Below, in pieces: positions 44,970-59,230 of a stretch of DNA of 64,000 nucleotides (its first letter is position 1; each line of letters starts with the position of its first letter). Below the pieces are notes generated by a model, which was not told the DNA's origin, did not search any database, and saw nothing but the letters and a program-made list of their open reading frames with translations. A program made the translations under genes and the position numbers. The DNA comes from Amphiscolops sp. MND2022 (lineage: Eukaryota). The stretch lies in assembly GCA_964187785.1 (NCBI GenBank), contig OZ076409.1, positions 30,196,001 through 30,260,000 of the forward strand. Reading direction: 5' to 3'.

Positions 44970-45494
44970 GTGGCATATAAGCCGGCGCTATACCTGAGGC
45001 TCAAAAAGCGCAAACGTTTTGAAATATGCCCAAGACGTTTTTTAAGAAACGTCATTAAAACACAAAATTACATATGATATAACGTCCAAACTTCGCATAT
45101 AGCGTGCCTGGACAAATGGGAGCGTTTTTATCAGACAAAAAATGAGAAATTTCGAACAGTCTGATAGTGCCGAAAAAATGTAAAAGGCGGACATCCAATT
45201 TGTTGCAAAATATCATAAAATTGAAAGTGGGACCCTTTGGTGCAGTCAACAATTTTTCGAAAGAAAAGTCTCAGTGCCGAAAAGTTAAAATCACCATGAA
45301 AGCCAAAGTGGGGATCCTTAGTATGTTTTTGAGGAGGCTCTGACGTGGATTTTGTTTTTGACGAGGTTCTGACGTTTCCAGTATGTTTTGGATACCCGTA
45401 GTACAAGTTGAAAAAATTTTAAAATGGACTTCACTCGTATAAAAAAACTACCCACTGTAAGAGTAGGGATTTTTTAAGAGTCGCCTATTAAAAA
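44970..45494 (-). mobile_element. HINE/DINE-like element, family A (decayed)
   Basis: gccggcgctatacctgaggctcaaaa end; shares actaaggatcccc and cagtgggtagtttt blocks with 59714-60230. Confidence 0.7.
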
Positions 45495-45659
45495 CATTTC
45501 CACATTTCCAGCGATCACGTTCTGCAATCACAGGACTGACAACTAAGATGCTAACCATAACAAAAACAATTATGAACAAAGATAAATAATAAAACGAAGT
45601 GACAGTCTAAGAAATAGCCGATTTAGGAGTAAAACAAGCGAAACAGAACCTCTCAATGC

Positions 45660-48078
45660 AGCATTTTGGTGCAGATCCCAGATACAGGCCAAGAAGTACA
45701 AGATGAGCTCATCCCTGCCTTTGAGATTCATTGTAAAATGTCATTTGAGCTTAGAAAAAGTAAAACATCTGTCCTGAAAATGCTAATTTTACATCAAAAT
45801 GTTACGTCAAAATGCCTAAGTTCAATCTGCCATGTTTTGATTTTTATAATGAATTGGACATTATTAGAATTGGACGCCATTAACAACTCTTGGCATCTGT
45901 GGGGGGTTCCACAACAATATCAGACAGAAAATCAATCACAAGTCCTTTACCGTGGGCGAAGCAAGCTTCACAACTCATTTCTTATCTACCTTTGCCAAAC
46001 ACGAATTACAAAACCGCATTGACGGTTTTGATTGATCATTATGATAATCAAAGACTCTTAGTGTTAGTGAACACTCGTTTGTCAGTGTTTGAAAGCACTT
46101 CAAGGTGAATCAAGAGTCAGAATTACCGAACATCAATGTCGCCTTCGAAGAGAGTGTGATATCAATTCAGACTCTGAAGGTAGACATATTTGGTGTCTAC
46201 ACAAACTCAAGTGAATTTGGGTTCATATTCTGATCAAGAAGCTGAATTCAGAATCCAGACGACAATTCGGGCAGACGAAAAATTCTAGAGCAACTTGCAG
46301 ATTCAGCTACAGTGCAGCAACTTGCGGGTTTCATCAATAGACGATCTCGAGCTTTTGAAATCGCTTATGCTTCTAGTTATCGAACTAAAATGAGAAGGCT
46401 AATTCTAATACAGGGCGCATTCCTCCTGAACAGAACTTACGGAGTCCATTTTATAAAGCTACAAAGCCACAGTTGAAAAATGCTGCCTATATTCATTCGG
46501 CAGATCACCAAAATTTTCAAACGTGACAAATTTTGAGCATTGTATTCCAAGGCCAAGGTACACTCGGTTCCAATTCCAAATTATTTCAATTCCCTCCGTG
46601 TAGGGCTTCTAACAATGGATTGCAATCCAAAAGCACATGCAAAGTTTGCAATGGCAAACTAATTTATTACATCACAACCTCCAGTATAGGTATTTTGTCA
46701 ACAGAGCTGGTCTCTATTGAAGATGATTCATGCCAGGCCATCAGTTGCCTTGCCCTTTTGGTTAGTATTTCACAGATGAGTCTCATATCTGAGGATGCAG
46801 TTCAACGCATGAAGTTGTAACGCCATAAACATTCACTCACGTTTAACGAGATTGGAAGCGTTTACATAGTCTACAGTTCCGGAAGACTATAGACGAAATC
46901 CAAATTGAACGCATGGAAACAAACCCACCCCCAGCATTTACGCAACAAGTCTTTGAAAATTCTATGCGGGCTGTATTTGAAGACAGTAGAACTAGATGCC
47001 ATTTTCAATGAGTAAAAATTATTTGGTTTAATTCTTGGAGCTGACGTATTCCAAGAAATTCTCTTGAATGGGTCCTTCAAAGAAGACGACGGACTGCACT
47101 TCCGTAACTCTATTTTTGAATGAGTTGTGTTTGGCAAACAATCCAACCAAGAGTCATCTAGTCTCACTACGAAACTTTGTATCAGGGGAAGTTTCGATTT
47201 GAGAAAATTTTGAGAATTGTAAGAACCTCCCAAAGCACGCCAGCTCACAGATGAAGAGCTTGCTGATGAAAATGATTACAGAAAACAACCAACATAGTAG
47301 AAAACATGTTTCAAGTCTCAATGCATTTCAAACCAGACCCAAAGCGTTTGCAGGACATATTTCTAGGCCAGACGTCGCTGTGTGAATTTGGAAAAATGTT
47401 TGAATTGCAACCGCAACCTCAAGCAATGTTAAATAGGCTTCATCGACGACTTCATCTCTCTGCAGCATTTCAAACATGTTCCCTGATCGGAACAAGACAA
47501 TCCAGATTGTCACCAATTTTATTCCACATCACTGTGTGCACAATAAGGATTCAACTACCGCAAAATTGAGGGTTGTATTAGATGAATCCCTCAGTTCCAC
47601 GACTGGTAATGCACTACTCGGGTCTCTGATGATCGGACAAATTGCGCAAGAAGGTATTTTTGCGGTTGGGATACTATTAAGGTTCCACAAAGTTGCCCTT
47701 TTCCCAGATATTGCTAAAATGTATAGGCAAGTCGCTTCAGATGAAGCCCCGGTAGACTTTTTTTCGGGCGCGATTCCACATCAAAGCCTGTGCTGCAGTA
47801 TCGCATGACTCTGTGTACTAATCGCTTAACGCATGTTCATGTTTCAATGTACAGAAACTGTTCAAAAGGTCGGACGTTTGTGTGGTGATAAAGATATTGT
47901 GCATTCAATGAAGATTGACCTCCACGCTGATGATTTTTTCAAGTTCCAATTCCATAGCAGAAGATAAAACCAAGGTCGCAAAAGTTGAAGTCTTCAAAAA
48001 ATTTGTCATGCTGCTTGCTTCATAGGTTGGCCTTCAAGTCACTACGAAGTCACTACAGAATTGCCTGAGTAGTTTTGT
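45660..48078 (+). mobile_element. Degenerate Bel/Pao element, 5' part (gag, protease, RT)
   Basis: Knuckle SKSTCKVCNGK, LILGADVF, FIPHHCVHNKDSTTAKLRVVLD, LRFHKVALFPDIAKMYRQV. Confidence 0.85.
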
Positions 48079-48135
48079 ATCTAGCTAACAGATCGGCCGG
48101 GGGTATCAAAAAACTTCATTTCTACCAAAGACTAT

Positions 48136-48207
48136 GAGTCCCTCCCAGGACTCGAACCTCGCCGGTTGAAATGATTGTCCAGCGACCGAACCACTATGCC
48201 TGAGACC
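48136..48207 (-). other. tRNA-derived SINE-like head
   Basis: Minus strand GGCATAGTGGTT...GAGGTTCGAGTCCTGGGAGGGA; A- and B-boxes at tRNA spacing; no clean anticodon loop. Confidence 0.55.
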
Positions 48208-50461
48208 ATCTAAACCAGTACATACAAGTTCTATATAAACCCAATAAGTATCCAGTGAGCACCCCCCTCCACACTCTACATGCAAAAATTGAAAATTTTC
48301 GAAAATCCTAGAAAAAAACCGGAAAACGTATGGGACAATGAAAATCAGAACGAAATGCATAGTTGACATCAGAAAACAAGAAAAAACTGTCAAAAATGTA
48401 AACACCCCCGCAATCCACATGCAAAAAAGTCGAAAAATTTAAAACATTTTTTCAAATAACCCAGAGATGGTGTGAAACATTCAAAAATTTTGTTAAACGC
48501 GTGCAATCATCAATCATGAGGGGAAAAGGTCCCAGTAAACACTTCCTCAGAACATCTAAAATCTCAAAACGAACAAAAACAGAAAACGGATACTTGCTTC
48601 AACTTGGGAGTTTTGCAGCAAGTTTTTTGACCGTGGAAGACAACTAAAACTTAACTATTAGAAATATTCTTTATGTAAATCTTCTTTCCTCCGACAGTCA
48701 TTCATCGGAAATAATAAACCCAACTTTCAGAGTGCCCATGACTGACTTGTAAACTTATTCAATTCCGCTGGTTGGATAACTATGAATGGATTCTACGCCG
48801 CATTAAGCGGTTTGGTACGAAGCAAGTTATGCATTTTAGAGGAATCCGTATAACTATAGTCATTGCTGCCAGTGTTTAAGCTTAACGAGGATAAACAGGA
48901 GTATACACCAGCAAAGCCGGTAAAATTAAGGCTCATGCTTACCAAGTTCAATTGAGCCTCATTTTATCTGCAAATCAATGACAAATGTATAATACTTACA
49001 CCTTTTGACCGTGATCATAAAAGTCTTAAACGTCTGAGCTCTTTTCAGCGAAGGGTTTTTAAAACTTAGACGTCAAACATTTTGTTTAGTTTTAGACTGT
49101 AAATGACAAGATTTTTGTGCCCATCAAGGGAGAATTTGCCAGTCTGCTATCCATCACCAATAATCTCAATTTGGTTCATCTCAATTTCCAAGCTTCCAGG
49201 CGTTTAGTATTTCAATTAATTAAACTAAGTGATCAAAGATATCCCCTTGTGGAATCACCGAGTTTTGCGTTTTCAAGAGAAACAATTTACGCTATGAAAA
49301 CTTCCAACCCTTGTCCTGCTTCTCATCTCAATTCTTGTGTATCGTGTGGCTCAGTGTAACAGTGTGAAATCAATTGCAGGTCTAGTTTACATCCACTGGG
49401 TCATTTTCAGTACTGGATTTCCAAACAAACAGTAAAACAGATTGCATTCAATTAGACTTAGATCAAATTAATTAGAATCAAATTAGGTCATATCATGTAA
49501 ATCAAGCGAAGATATGTCAAGTTTTCTGATCTTTGAAAAAGCTGTATCGATACTTTTTCAAAATTGAAATCTGCATCTCGGACTGTACTGTCCTACAATG
49601 TTTTCGCCTAACTGGAGAAAATATTCCATTTTCCTAGGGATAGTGGGTTTCATTGTGTTCAAGTATTTTAGTGATGGTCGAAAAAGACGATAACTTCACC
49701 ACTCCAAATATATGCTTTCAGGTAATTTAGACTTGTATCAGAGAATAGATGAAATAGACATTTCAGCAACTTTTACAACAAAATGTCATGCAAACGGGGG
49801 TTTCCTTTTGATCACCTGCAAACTAGAAAAGGTACTAGTTGACAGGTAGAAAAAAGTCTGCAAATTGAGAGAATTGCACTCCAGTGAGGAGTTTTGTTTT
49901 ATGAAAAGGTTGACTTGAAATGAACAGAAATTGAATTTTTCAGAAAAAGGATTTTAAACAATGTAAATTTGTGACCAATCAAATGTATGATCTATACCGT
50001 CTCAAACATTATATCATAACCGTCATAGCTTGACGGTAGATCACCTAGATCTTTTCTCTAGAATACTTCATGTTTAAGTATCTCCCAATGTTTAGAGCTG
50101 TAGAGCTGTACATATTCACGTACTTCCCATTTTCCAGAGTGTAACGTTTTCTGCTAAAATTTTCTATCCCTTGATGCCCAGAATAACGTGGATCGTTTTG
50201 AATATTAATCTTTGCTACTTTCAAAAGTCATGCAATCTCAACAACATGAGACTGACAACATTTGTCAGTTTTAGAAGCAACTCTGAATTGAGTAAGATTG
50301 AGTACGCAAAAGCTCCACTGGAGAAGCTGAGGCACGTTCAACGGCTGTGCTGAACATTCACACATACTTTGTCGGTACCGCTTTTGAGCTTATCCAGCGA
50401 CGCGCTCTGCAGTCTGTTTGCCTAATTTTTTTTCAGATTGTTTGACTCAAGTTAAAAACAA

Positions 50462-50722
50462 ATGCCACTGGAGACACGCCTATTGAAGCTACTGTTTAAT
50501 GATTAATCACAAGTACAAAGGGCCGACGTCGCCTTCATGTTTACACAACGTGATCAATCTGGAATTTGTAACTACAGAGATCTATATGCCACTCGGCACA
50601 CGCATATTGAAGCTACTGTTTAATAAACAATCATTGAATACATAGGGCCGGCGTCGTTTTCATGTATGCACCGCGTGTCGCTTTATTTAATCAATATGGA
50701 ATTGGCAACTACAGAGATCTAT
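50462..50722 (+). repeat. Diverged ~125-135-bp tandem duplication
   Basis: atgccact..cacgc.tattgaagctactgtttaat...aactacagagatctat at 50462 and 50586. Confidence 0.85.
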
Positions 50723-51099
50723 TGATCCAATATCAATCTTGCATCCGGTTTGCTCAACCAAAACATAAAATCTATACAAAACTTGTTGACAATGAACTAG
50801 CTGTTGGTAATGGTTTTGTTAACTTTGAGGAGGTCTTGATTCTCTTTCAAGCATTGGTATCTGTTACAAAACGTTCATGAATTTTTGCAATTGAAAAAAA
50901 GTAGAAAGCTACTTTGTAACAAAATTTTGTGCAAGTTGAACAGTTTAGTTTTGTGAAGGAGTCCGTTTTGTCAAATGTAATTGAATTTAGGTTTTTATCG
51001 AGTATCTTCTCAATTATTGCAGTTTTTCCTGATTATTGTATTGAAACCATCGGTAGCACAGCATAACACAAGTGAAAATCTTTTTAAAACCAGCTATGA

Positions 51100-51405
51100 C
51101 TTTCAGCTCTCTCATCCTCAAAAGATCTCGAGTTCGGAGATGCCCATATTGACGTTGCATCACCACATGATAAACTACTTGTTCGCGTGACCACAAACAC
51201 TTATAGGAACAGTGGAATCACATACATCAACATCAAATTGTTTAAGAAAAAAGAGAATCTAGATGAGTATCACCTGCAGTATAGAGTGGGACTCACTGTC
51301 AAGGAATTTCAGGGAATGGTAGCGAATGTGGAAAACATAAGCATGGGCCCTCCCAATTCAGGAAGTTTAGGGGAGGAAAAAATCAAGAGGATTGCTCCAA
51401 GCTAA
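51100..51405 (+). pseudogene. Small ORF with PC4/Pur-like ssDNA-binding pattern (start ATG at 51096 is out of frame)
   Basis: Open for 101 codons: ...KLLVRVTTNTYRNSGITYINIKLFKKKENLDEYHLQYRVGLTVKEFQGMVANVENI...; the hydrophobic pattern resembles PC4 (V.V......IDIR.......I.L..EQW..L...I). Judged by eye only. Confidence 0.4.
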
Positions 51406-54400
51406 ATGGAGGCTGCTGAGATCAAGAAGCAAAAAACTGCTGATAAGAAGGAATGAAACGTTGTACAACTCATTCCAAAAGTAATTACAGCATACCAATT
51501 TCGTTAATGTTTCTAGGTTTAATCTGTTTCATATCCAAGAATCGTAGTAAAGTAGGTTTTTCGAATGTTTTGTTTCTATTTAATTTTTCTTGCATCGGTA
51601 CGTCCCATCTTCTCAATCGTTTTTTGTTTGATGTAAACTGTGCTATAATGCGTTCGTTTTGTTTGCCGCTGTATTTGTCTTTTCATCAATCTACACTTTC
51701 TATCATTGGTTGTTTTTGTCATTTAGCTTGTTATTGTTTCCATGACAAATTTTCCTCTCCTCATTTACGGTCTATTGCATCTTATTCTGTAAGGTATCGA
51801 TTTGAGTTCACTTCTGATGAAGTGTTGTTCCCTTCCTGTGGTATCCGATCTTTTATGCAATCTTCACCTCTTATACGTTTAAAAATAATTACTTGATATA
51901 CCTTTTTAATGTGCTTTATTCTATTTCTATTTAATCCTGTCGTTGTTTCAAATCTGTACGGTAATGAAGTTTTCAATATGTATCTTCTTCGCACGATTTT
52001 GTTTGTTAGTGTGATGCTTTTGTTTATTCTTCAAATCCAGTGAAGTAATATATAGTGGTTATATACATTTTTTCACCTCGTGGGTTTTTAAATCAGTTTC
52101 ATCATCCCGACTTTTTTGTGGTTGTGATTGTATTGGGTATTGAAAACACTTCGTGAATAACTACCCAAAGACTTTTTCACAGCTTTTAGTTTCATATCAA
52201 TTTTGATGAAAAAAAAAATAATTTTCCGAACGTTTTCGTGTAAAGGATTCGTTTCGGTGGCGTTTCTCAAGATTGTGCAAGAACCTTGAAACTCGAGTTG
52301 TCTCATGCAACTGTGAAACCCGTGTTCCAAGCAACTTTTTTTGTTTTTCTATAGTCAATGTGAAGTAATTGTATCAACTTTCATTGACAGTTTTTTGTAG
52401 ACGAAACATAGTGTAAGCAAAGCATGAACAAAATCCGGACTTTTTCAAACAATATCGGAAAAATTTTCGGTACCTGTTTATAGAAAAATAACCAAGGATT
52501 GGGCTTGACATTCCCTCAGGATCAAAATACGCATTTTGAGTTCATTCTTCTACCTCTGATTATCCTTGCGGTTTCGAGAGACAACCACACTACCATGTTC
52601 TTTCTGAGTGCGATTCCAATATTAGGAAAGGTTAAAATGTACCCTGCCTCTATTCAACTTTCTGTCTACTGTTGGCGGATTGTTCGAGTCTCGTCATGCA
52701 AGGTGAAATTATGAATCGTCTGCAGGTTGCAATGAAGTACAGCGTAAAAGAGAACAAAACGTTTCTAGCGCGGGGTGGACGTAAAGTTCCTGTTGTTCAA
52801 ATCAGATGAGACAAAAGTTTTCGAACTGGTTTTTACCGACTGCCACGTTTGGTCGATTTCGGCAGTTGATTCAAGGCCGATCGGCGGCAACTTTGTACAG
52901 AATCTTAGATATTCTCCATGACGGATACGGAATCATCGACACTACTAATTTGTATTTTTCGATTGACAATTCCAATACTTTGTAACATTACGATACATTT
53001 GCCGGAACGAACTAGCAAGATCGTGCTACTTCGATTACCAGCCAATAAAAACACGGTCTTATTTCAGGTACGCATTACAAGTTTTGCTCGGTACACTATG
53101 TGATTTGGCGTTACGCGTATGGATCAAAATACAGTGAATGACTACTTTACACTCTCTACAATTACGTACTTTGACTACTTTCCACTACACACACGAAGAC
53201 GGAAGTTGATTGTTTTACACATTAACCTGCTACACATTTTGAGTGGAATTCACTTTCAAAGTGAAAAACAATCAAAGTGTGTAAGTTAATGATAACTTTA
53301 ACTGTTTTACACATTGAAGCATTCATCATTTTCTTTCTAACCTGGTACACATTTCGACTGGAATTCACCTTGGCAAAGTGTGTTAGTTAGTGATTTTTTT
53401 CTTCAAGGTCCAATATTGGATAAATGATTGACATTGAATAGCGCAAAACAAGTCTACTTTTCTCAACCCTACACCCAAGGAAAAACATGATTCGAGGAGA
53501 ACAGACTGTATTACAATGTCGCCCCACATTTGCTTCGATTTTCTCTAATTTCATTTTCTCTCAAATCATTTCAGCGAAAAGTTACCACAGCTGTTTTATC
53601 TTCTTAAACGTGGCCATGTTAGAAAAAACGCAACTGAAATGAAGCAAGCACAAGTTTTGAGTAGTTACCAGCTACCACAATATTAGGAATAATTAGATTT
53701 GCTTAGGCCGTATTAAAAGCTTGAATTTGAGAAAAGTTTGGTACACATCGTAAGTAAAAATAACTCCGAACGATGCTTCCATCGCTCTTACAATAGTTAA
53801 TAGTAACCTTGTATTGTTAACAGCGGCGGCGGCTCAGCCGACTGGCGCGCAGCTCTAGTGACCACTACAAAAATGTAACAAATTTTTGTTTTCATTTTGA
53901 CGCCTGAATATGTCTTACAAAAAGGACGCTTACCATTCGGTTGAATCTGGGACAACCGCCCAGTCACTCAATTAGAATACTCAATTATGTGGAAGTATTT
54001 AGTTGTTGTTGCAATGTGCGAGGTTTGTGCGAGGACATCTATAAATGTATAATTGAAGCAACTAAAACTTGGAGAACATCATCTCCGAACTACTGAATGA
54101 AAAGAAAACTCCGGGTCAACATTCCTATTCTGTTGTTTCGTTTCAACAACTTGATTAGCAAGTGCGGAATCAGTCTAAAGCTGTAGGTGTGATTTAAGTG
54201 CAATATTTCATTGAAATGATTTAGTTGTTCAATGTGTTCAATTTGTTTCAGCCTTGGATATTCAACTGAGGCGACCTCTCAGGCGCGAACAACTTGAACC
54301 GCCGGTTGCATTAGTGAGATCAAATCCCAAATATCTTACGATGTTTCTAAATTGAAACCCAACCCAGTCTTTTGAACTTTTAAATAAAACTTCCCAGTTA

Positions 54401-54743
54401 TCATTGCTGTATTATAAACACTTACATATGTATCGTATATTGTCCAACATACCCCTAATCATAAAATAATCTCAATCATTACACAATATTTGTTTCACAT
54501 TACACAAAACATAATACATTAAGGCTCTTTCCTGTTCCTACCCATGTGAATTAACGCATGTAATTATGTAAATTAGCCAAATGAGCCTAAACCAGTCAAA
54601 GGGAATAGTGTGAAGCAGTCAAACCAATTACCGACTGCAATTACAATGTGAAGCGTTTTTGCTAAATAAGAAAGCAATAGGATGTATCGTTTGTTTAGTG
54701 TAAAGTAGTCAAACTTTGATCACTTTCCCCGTTTTCAATGAAT

Positions 54744-54852
54744 GATATTTCTAAGTACTCGAAAAGCGAATTCTAGTCAAAGATTGGCTAATTTAGGTGG
54801 TAGATATTTCTAAGTAGTCGAAAAGTGAATTCTAGTCAAAGATTGACTAATT
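54744..54852 (+). repeat. 59-bp-period tandem duplication
   Basis: gatatttctaagta(c/g)tcgaaaag(c/t)gaattctagtcaaagattg(g/a)ctaattt at 54744 and 54803. Confidence 0.9.
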
Positions 54853-55449
54853 TCCGCTTTATACACGTTACGGAATTGAGCCAATTGTAGGTTGAAAATT
54901 CTTGACTGGTTTCCACTTTTCTCTAATTACGCTCAATGACCACAATCCGCAATTTCTGATTACACTGTGCATCAAAATACACGATGAACACACTGCACTG
55001 TTTGACTAGAATACGGTTCGCTCTCGTTTTACGGAAAATACACTTTACACTTGACAACTTCCACTTTTGCGGCATAGGTATCGTAATGAAAGCTTGTATA
55101 GTTTATGAGGAATGAAATGTGGCATGAATACAATCTTCAAACCAGTCTTTCCTTGTCAACGTCTCCCAGTGTTTGACAGCAAAATTTTTCCAGGAATAAA
55201 ATTGAGCACTCAGGTGTAAATAAATTGGATCATTGTGTACTGACAAGTTTGCACTATCAATGTTTCATCTGAACGCTGGTCACATTAGTAGTAAAAATTG
55301 TTTACATGAAGAAATTGTGCCGTTAGATTCAAACAAATTGGATCATTGAGTAGTGGCATTTTAACGCTGTCAATAATCCATCTGAACGCTGCGCATATCT
55401 TGACAGTGTGACGGAAGCTGTCAATTCTTTAAAAAGTAGGACTATCAGA

Positions 55450-57360
55450 TTCACGACACTCGGAAACGTGAGCTGAAATTTCATGCATGTAATATAGTTC
55501 TATACATGTACTGGAGCAATGGAATCAGATGCGAATAGAAATGAGATCTTTCATGTATTTCACCTTGTAACGATGCATGGTTCATCCAACGAAAATTCAA
55601 ACGGTCCAGTTGTGTTTATTCATCCGAGCAAGCTTATGTCGCTCTTCAATGCACAAATTACCAACGCGAATGGCTTTGTGTCTGTCAACCTGGTGCCAGA
55701 AAAAATAGAGTGGCACCGATCAGAACAGTGTTTTTGTCGTTTTTGAAATTGTGTGGTGGCTCATTTTGGTGTGAAAGTCTTGAAACTTCAAAGAAGTTCT
55801 CGTCCTAACGAATCTATTGGAATAAGTTTTCGGGTTGACCGGTTCTACAATTGTGCTTCAATAACTAGCGCAACTTCCGCAAACTTGGACATTTGATCCA
55901 GACTCTGAAGTTCAAGAGATTGTGCTGAGACATCACGTCGCTTCATCAACTAACCCTGTTGCTTTTTCGTCACGTGCAACAACACTAAAGCTGTTTCAGT
56001 CCTCAAGTCTCTTGTGGGATTGACCCTAATGACAACCAAAATTCCATGATTTGTGGTCAAAAATCAAGTTGCAGCTTAGTTGAAGTGACTGAAGTTGAGT
56101 CATATTTCAAAATGAACATCACAGCCTGTTTCCTTAACAGTCCCACAATCAACTCTCTTTCGAGATGATTAATATTTAAGGTTCTCTAAACTCATTCGTG
56201 TAGCCGCAACAGTCCTAATCGCTGTCGACAAGTTCAGAGGAATGAACCGTACTTCAGTCGTCCTAATTACGAAAGAGCCAGTATCTGCAAAATGAGAGTG
56301 AGTGGACGATTGTCTTGAAGAACTGAAAAAGTTTCCATTGCTTGTCAGTCGAAATTCGTTGCTCACACTACTATCCGTCATCACTTTCATGAAGCTACTC
56401 TTCATGGCGTAGTGGAGCTGATTGTGAACTCTAGCGCGATGAATTTTAAATGTCATAGTTTCGATGATTGAGGTCATCAAGTAGTGGATCAAATGTTGAT
56501 TCGGAAATAAAATAACACATCAGTTGATGAATGATGTACCAGCTGAGGGGAAAACCCCTGCAGAGCCCTTCGAGACTTGTTTGGATTTGAAAGTCCAGTT
56601 TATACTACACCAGCAGTTGAATCCTTCATAGCCGTTTTCGGTTGCTTCGTGATTACAGCTTTTCCCATTCACTGGGTTACATCCAACGGAGGAACCACGT
56701 CTTTTTATCATCAAAGGATTCATCTACAAGCGCAATCTACCCGAATAAAATTCTCAGCGACAATGGAAATGATTTCTCAAAAGAATGGGAATTCAATGGG
56801 ATGTTTCATGTCCTATGAAATGATCGAATGGGGAATGATCCCTCCAAGGTCACCGCACTTTGGAGGATTATGGAAGCTTGAAACGTCATCTACGCAGAAC
56901 GGTCGATCTTCAATTCTTTTCATTCGAAGAGCTCAAAACCTTCGTTGCTCGAGTAGAAGGAATTTTGAATTCTCTACCAGTCAGCAACGTCCAGCGACCC
57001 GAATGACCTCAGCCGATTACCACTGCTCTATTCCTTCTGTGCCAATCGGCAGGAGATCTGCATAGAGCTCGTCAATCTGATGAAAAATTGCTCTCGGACA
57101 AAGATTCAAGAAGTCATTTTGGAAGGCATGGTGTCGTGATTGCCTTATGACCTCACATACACCAACGATGGCTTCAATCCGGTCCTAGTCGCCAACTGGA
57201 TGGCTTGTTTTTGTTGCAGAGGATATTTTGACGCCTTTGCGATGCAAAAAGGCAAGAATGAAGCAGTTGTACTGTAGAAACTATGACAGAGTTGCAAAAC
57301 GCAGAACAAAACTGTTCATATAGCGCCAATAGTTAAGCTCAGAAAGCTTCCTGAAGATGC
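55450..57360 (+). mobile_element. Degenerate Bel/Pao element, 3' part (RNase H, integrase); likely continuation of 45660-48078
   Basis: WTFDPDSE, FIAVFGCFVITAFPIH, IEWGMIPPRSPHFGGLWK (Pao integrase PP..PH.GG.WE), FWKAWCRD, RPIVKL-like end. Confidence 0.85.
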
Positions 57361-57970
57361 TTCGCCGAATAACGACCATTTAAATCCCCTATCAGCAGCA
57401 ACTTTGAATATATCTTTTATTTCCATGACTGTTATTATCTAGCAGTGGATTTTTTACTTCTCGACTTTACCCTAATCACGCGAAAGTCACAAAAATGCGC
57501 GTGAATGTGTGATGATCATACACCAATCAGTTGAAGACTATAACTGTGAAGTTATTTTAGAAAAATCAAAATCCCATATTCCCCAGTCTCTCACAAGCAA
57601 CTGTTGACCGAACAAAACTCTATTCGATATACATACTTTTCGACTAGCTGGTTACGGGTACTTGCATTCGATGCAGAATTGTCAGCTCCACGAAGTGATT
57701 GGTTTTTTTTATTTTAACGGCTACTTCTACATTTGTCAAGCTTTGCTGTTTACATGTCAGAAGTAACAGCGTTCCTCAATAGGCGACGAAACAGTTCTCC
57801 ATTTATGCTTTTACATTATAGCATTTTCATGGTTTCATTCGGCGCTGAAAAGGCTCTCCCACAAAATGTTTCAAGTGTTTCTAAGATTTTTCTTCATATT
57901 CCGATACTTCAAAGACTAACCTCAGTGTTCCGAAATTCTACATGTTTGTGCATTTTACAGATCTAAGGTC

Positions 57971-58320
57971 AACAAGCCGGGAACGGCCCAAGTCGGCGCC
58001 ATATCTAAGGCTCAAAACTAGCCAAAAAAACTTCAAAGTGTCAAGTATTCTCTTCTACAGTACCCGCATGAGGAAAAAATTGAAAAAAATCGATTTTTTC
58101 AAATTTTTTTGTCCCCGGTCAGTCTCATAGTGCCGAAAAATGTAAAAGGGGACCTCAAAAATGCCTAATTAACCTCTATCTCAAGTGCCACTAGAAGTTG
58201 TGTGGCATTTATTGTTAGTTCATATCAGCTTATAAAACTTATAAAATCTGTCACTTCGTTGGTCTCCAAAGTCACTACTATATAGTCTGCGTTTTTCTAC
58301 GAAAAAGAACCGACTAAAAA
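57971..58320 (-). mobile_element. HINE/DINE-like element, family A
   Basis: Reverse complement of 18171-18523 with few differences. Confidence 0.85.
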
Positions 58321-59230
58321 ACTACCGGTAAGGACGCAATATGCGTAGAGGAGGTTGTATTAAAACATCACCGAGTTAGACCAACTCGCGTAAATTAGCT
58401 CCAATATGTTCAGCAGGAAACCAAGGACCCGTTACTGCCAAACGATCCTTGGAAGTCATTGATGTAGTCAGGGACAAGGGTAACAACATTTCTGAAGAAA
58501 GCGCAAATGAAAACGTTTTGCTACTTTAAAAACCTGGAATGTCGAAGCTTTCGCTACAGTTCTGAATTACAGCTTCGACAGTTTGTTTGAAGTATTGAAA
58601 AGAACTTGAGAACCAGACTTTCAGGCTTATTAGCAAAAAGTGGTATCATCGGAAAAAATACCAGCCTGTTCAGCATAAGAAAACCATAACTGGTAGTACT
58701 CCCCTCCTCCACCCCTTAAGATCGCAATTCGTTTCTGCGTCCTGGAACATTTCCTCAATTTTTCTTTGAATTGGCACTTCCGGGAGTACCCACTCGTCTT
58801 CAATGCCTCAGGATTTTCTTCGCATTTGCTTCTGAATATCTTGAAGAATATCCTGTACTCTTGTTGGACGCATCGCCCAGAATGTTGTGTCACAAGTAAA
58901 AGCAATGGTAAATTCAAATTTTCTAATTTTCAATCCATTGTGTTTTAAATAGCACTAGTTAAATACCCATTGTTTCTACATTGATATCTTCAGGTATTCA
59001 ATTCATTCATTTTTCTCCAGTGTATAGTTGCTGCCAATCTACTGAAAACAATAAACGTCAATCGACAAAAGCCACTGTTGCTGTCTTGGAATCATGATAG
59101 TCCAAACACTGGTTTTCTCTTATTTTTCGAGTATCCTACCCTTTAGTCCAATATTTTTGTTTACAATTCTTCTGCAAAATTCGAATAATTTTCCAATATT
59201 TCTGCGTAAGCGGAATTGCTATAGATGCCA

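Noticed and set aside
54252..54356. Alternative PLC terminal exon (tttgtttcag, phase 1)
   Set aside because: Lies within the nested insertion block, appears to belong to a decayed element gene, and has no supporting homology.
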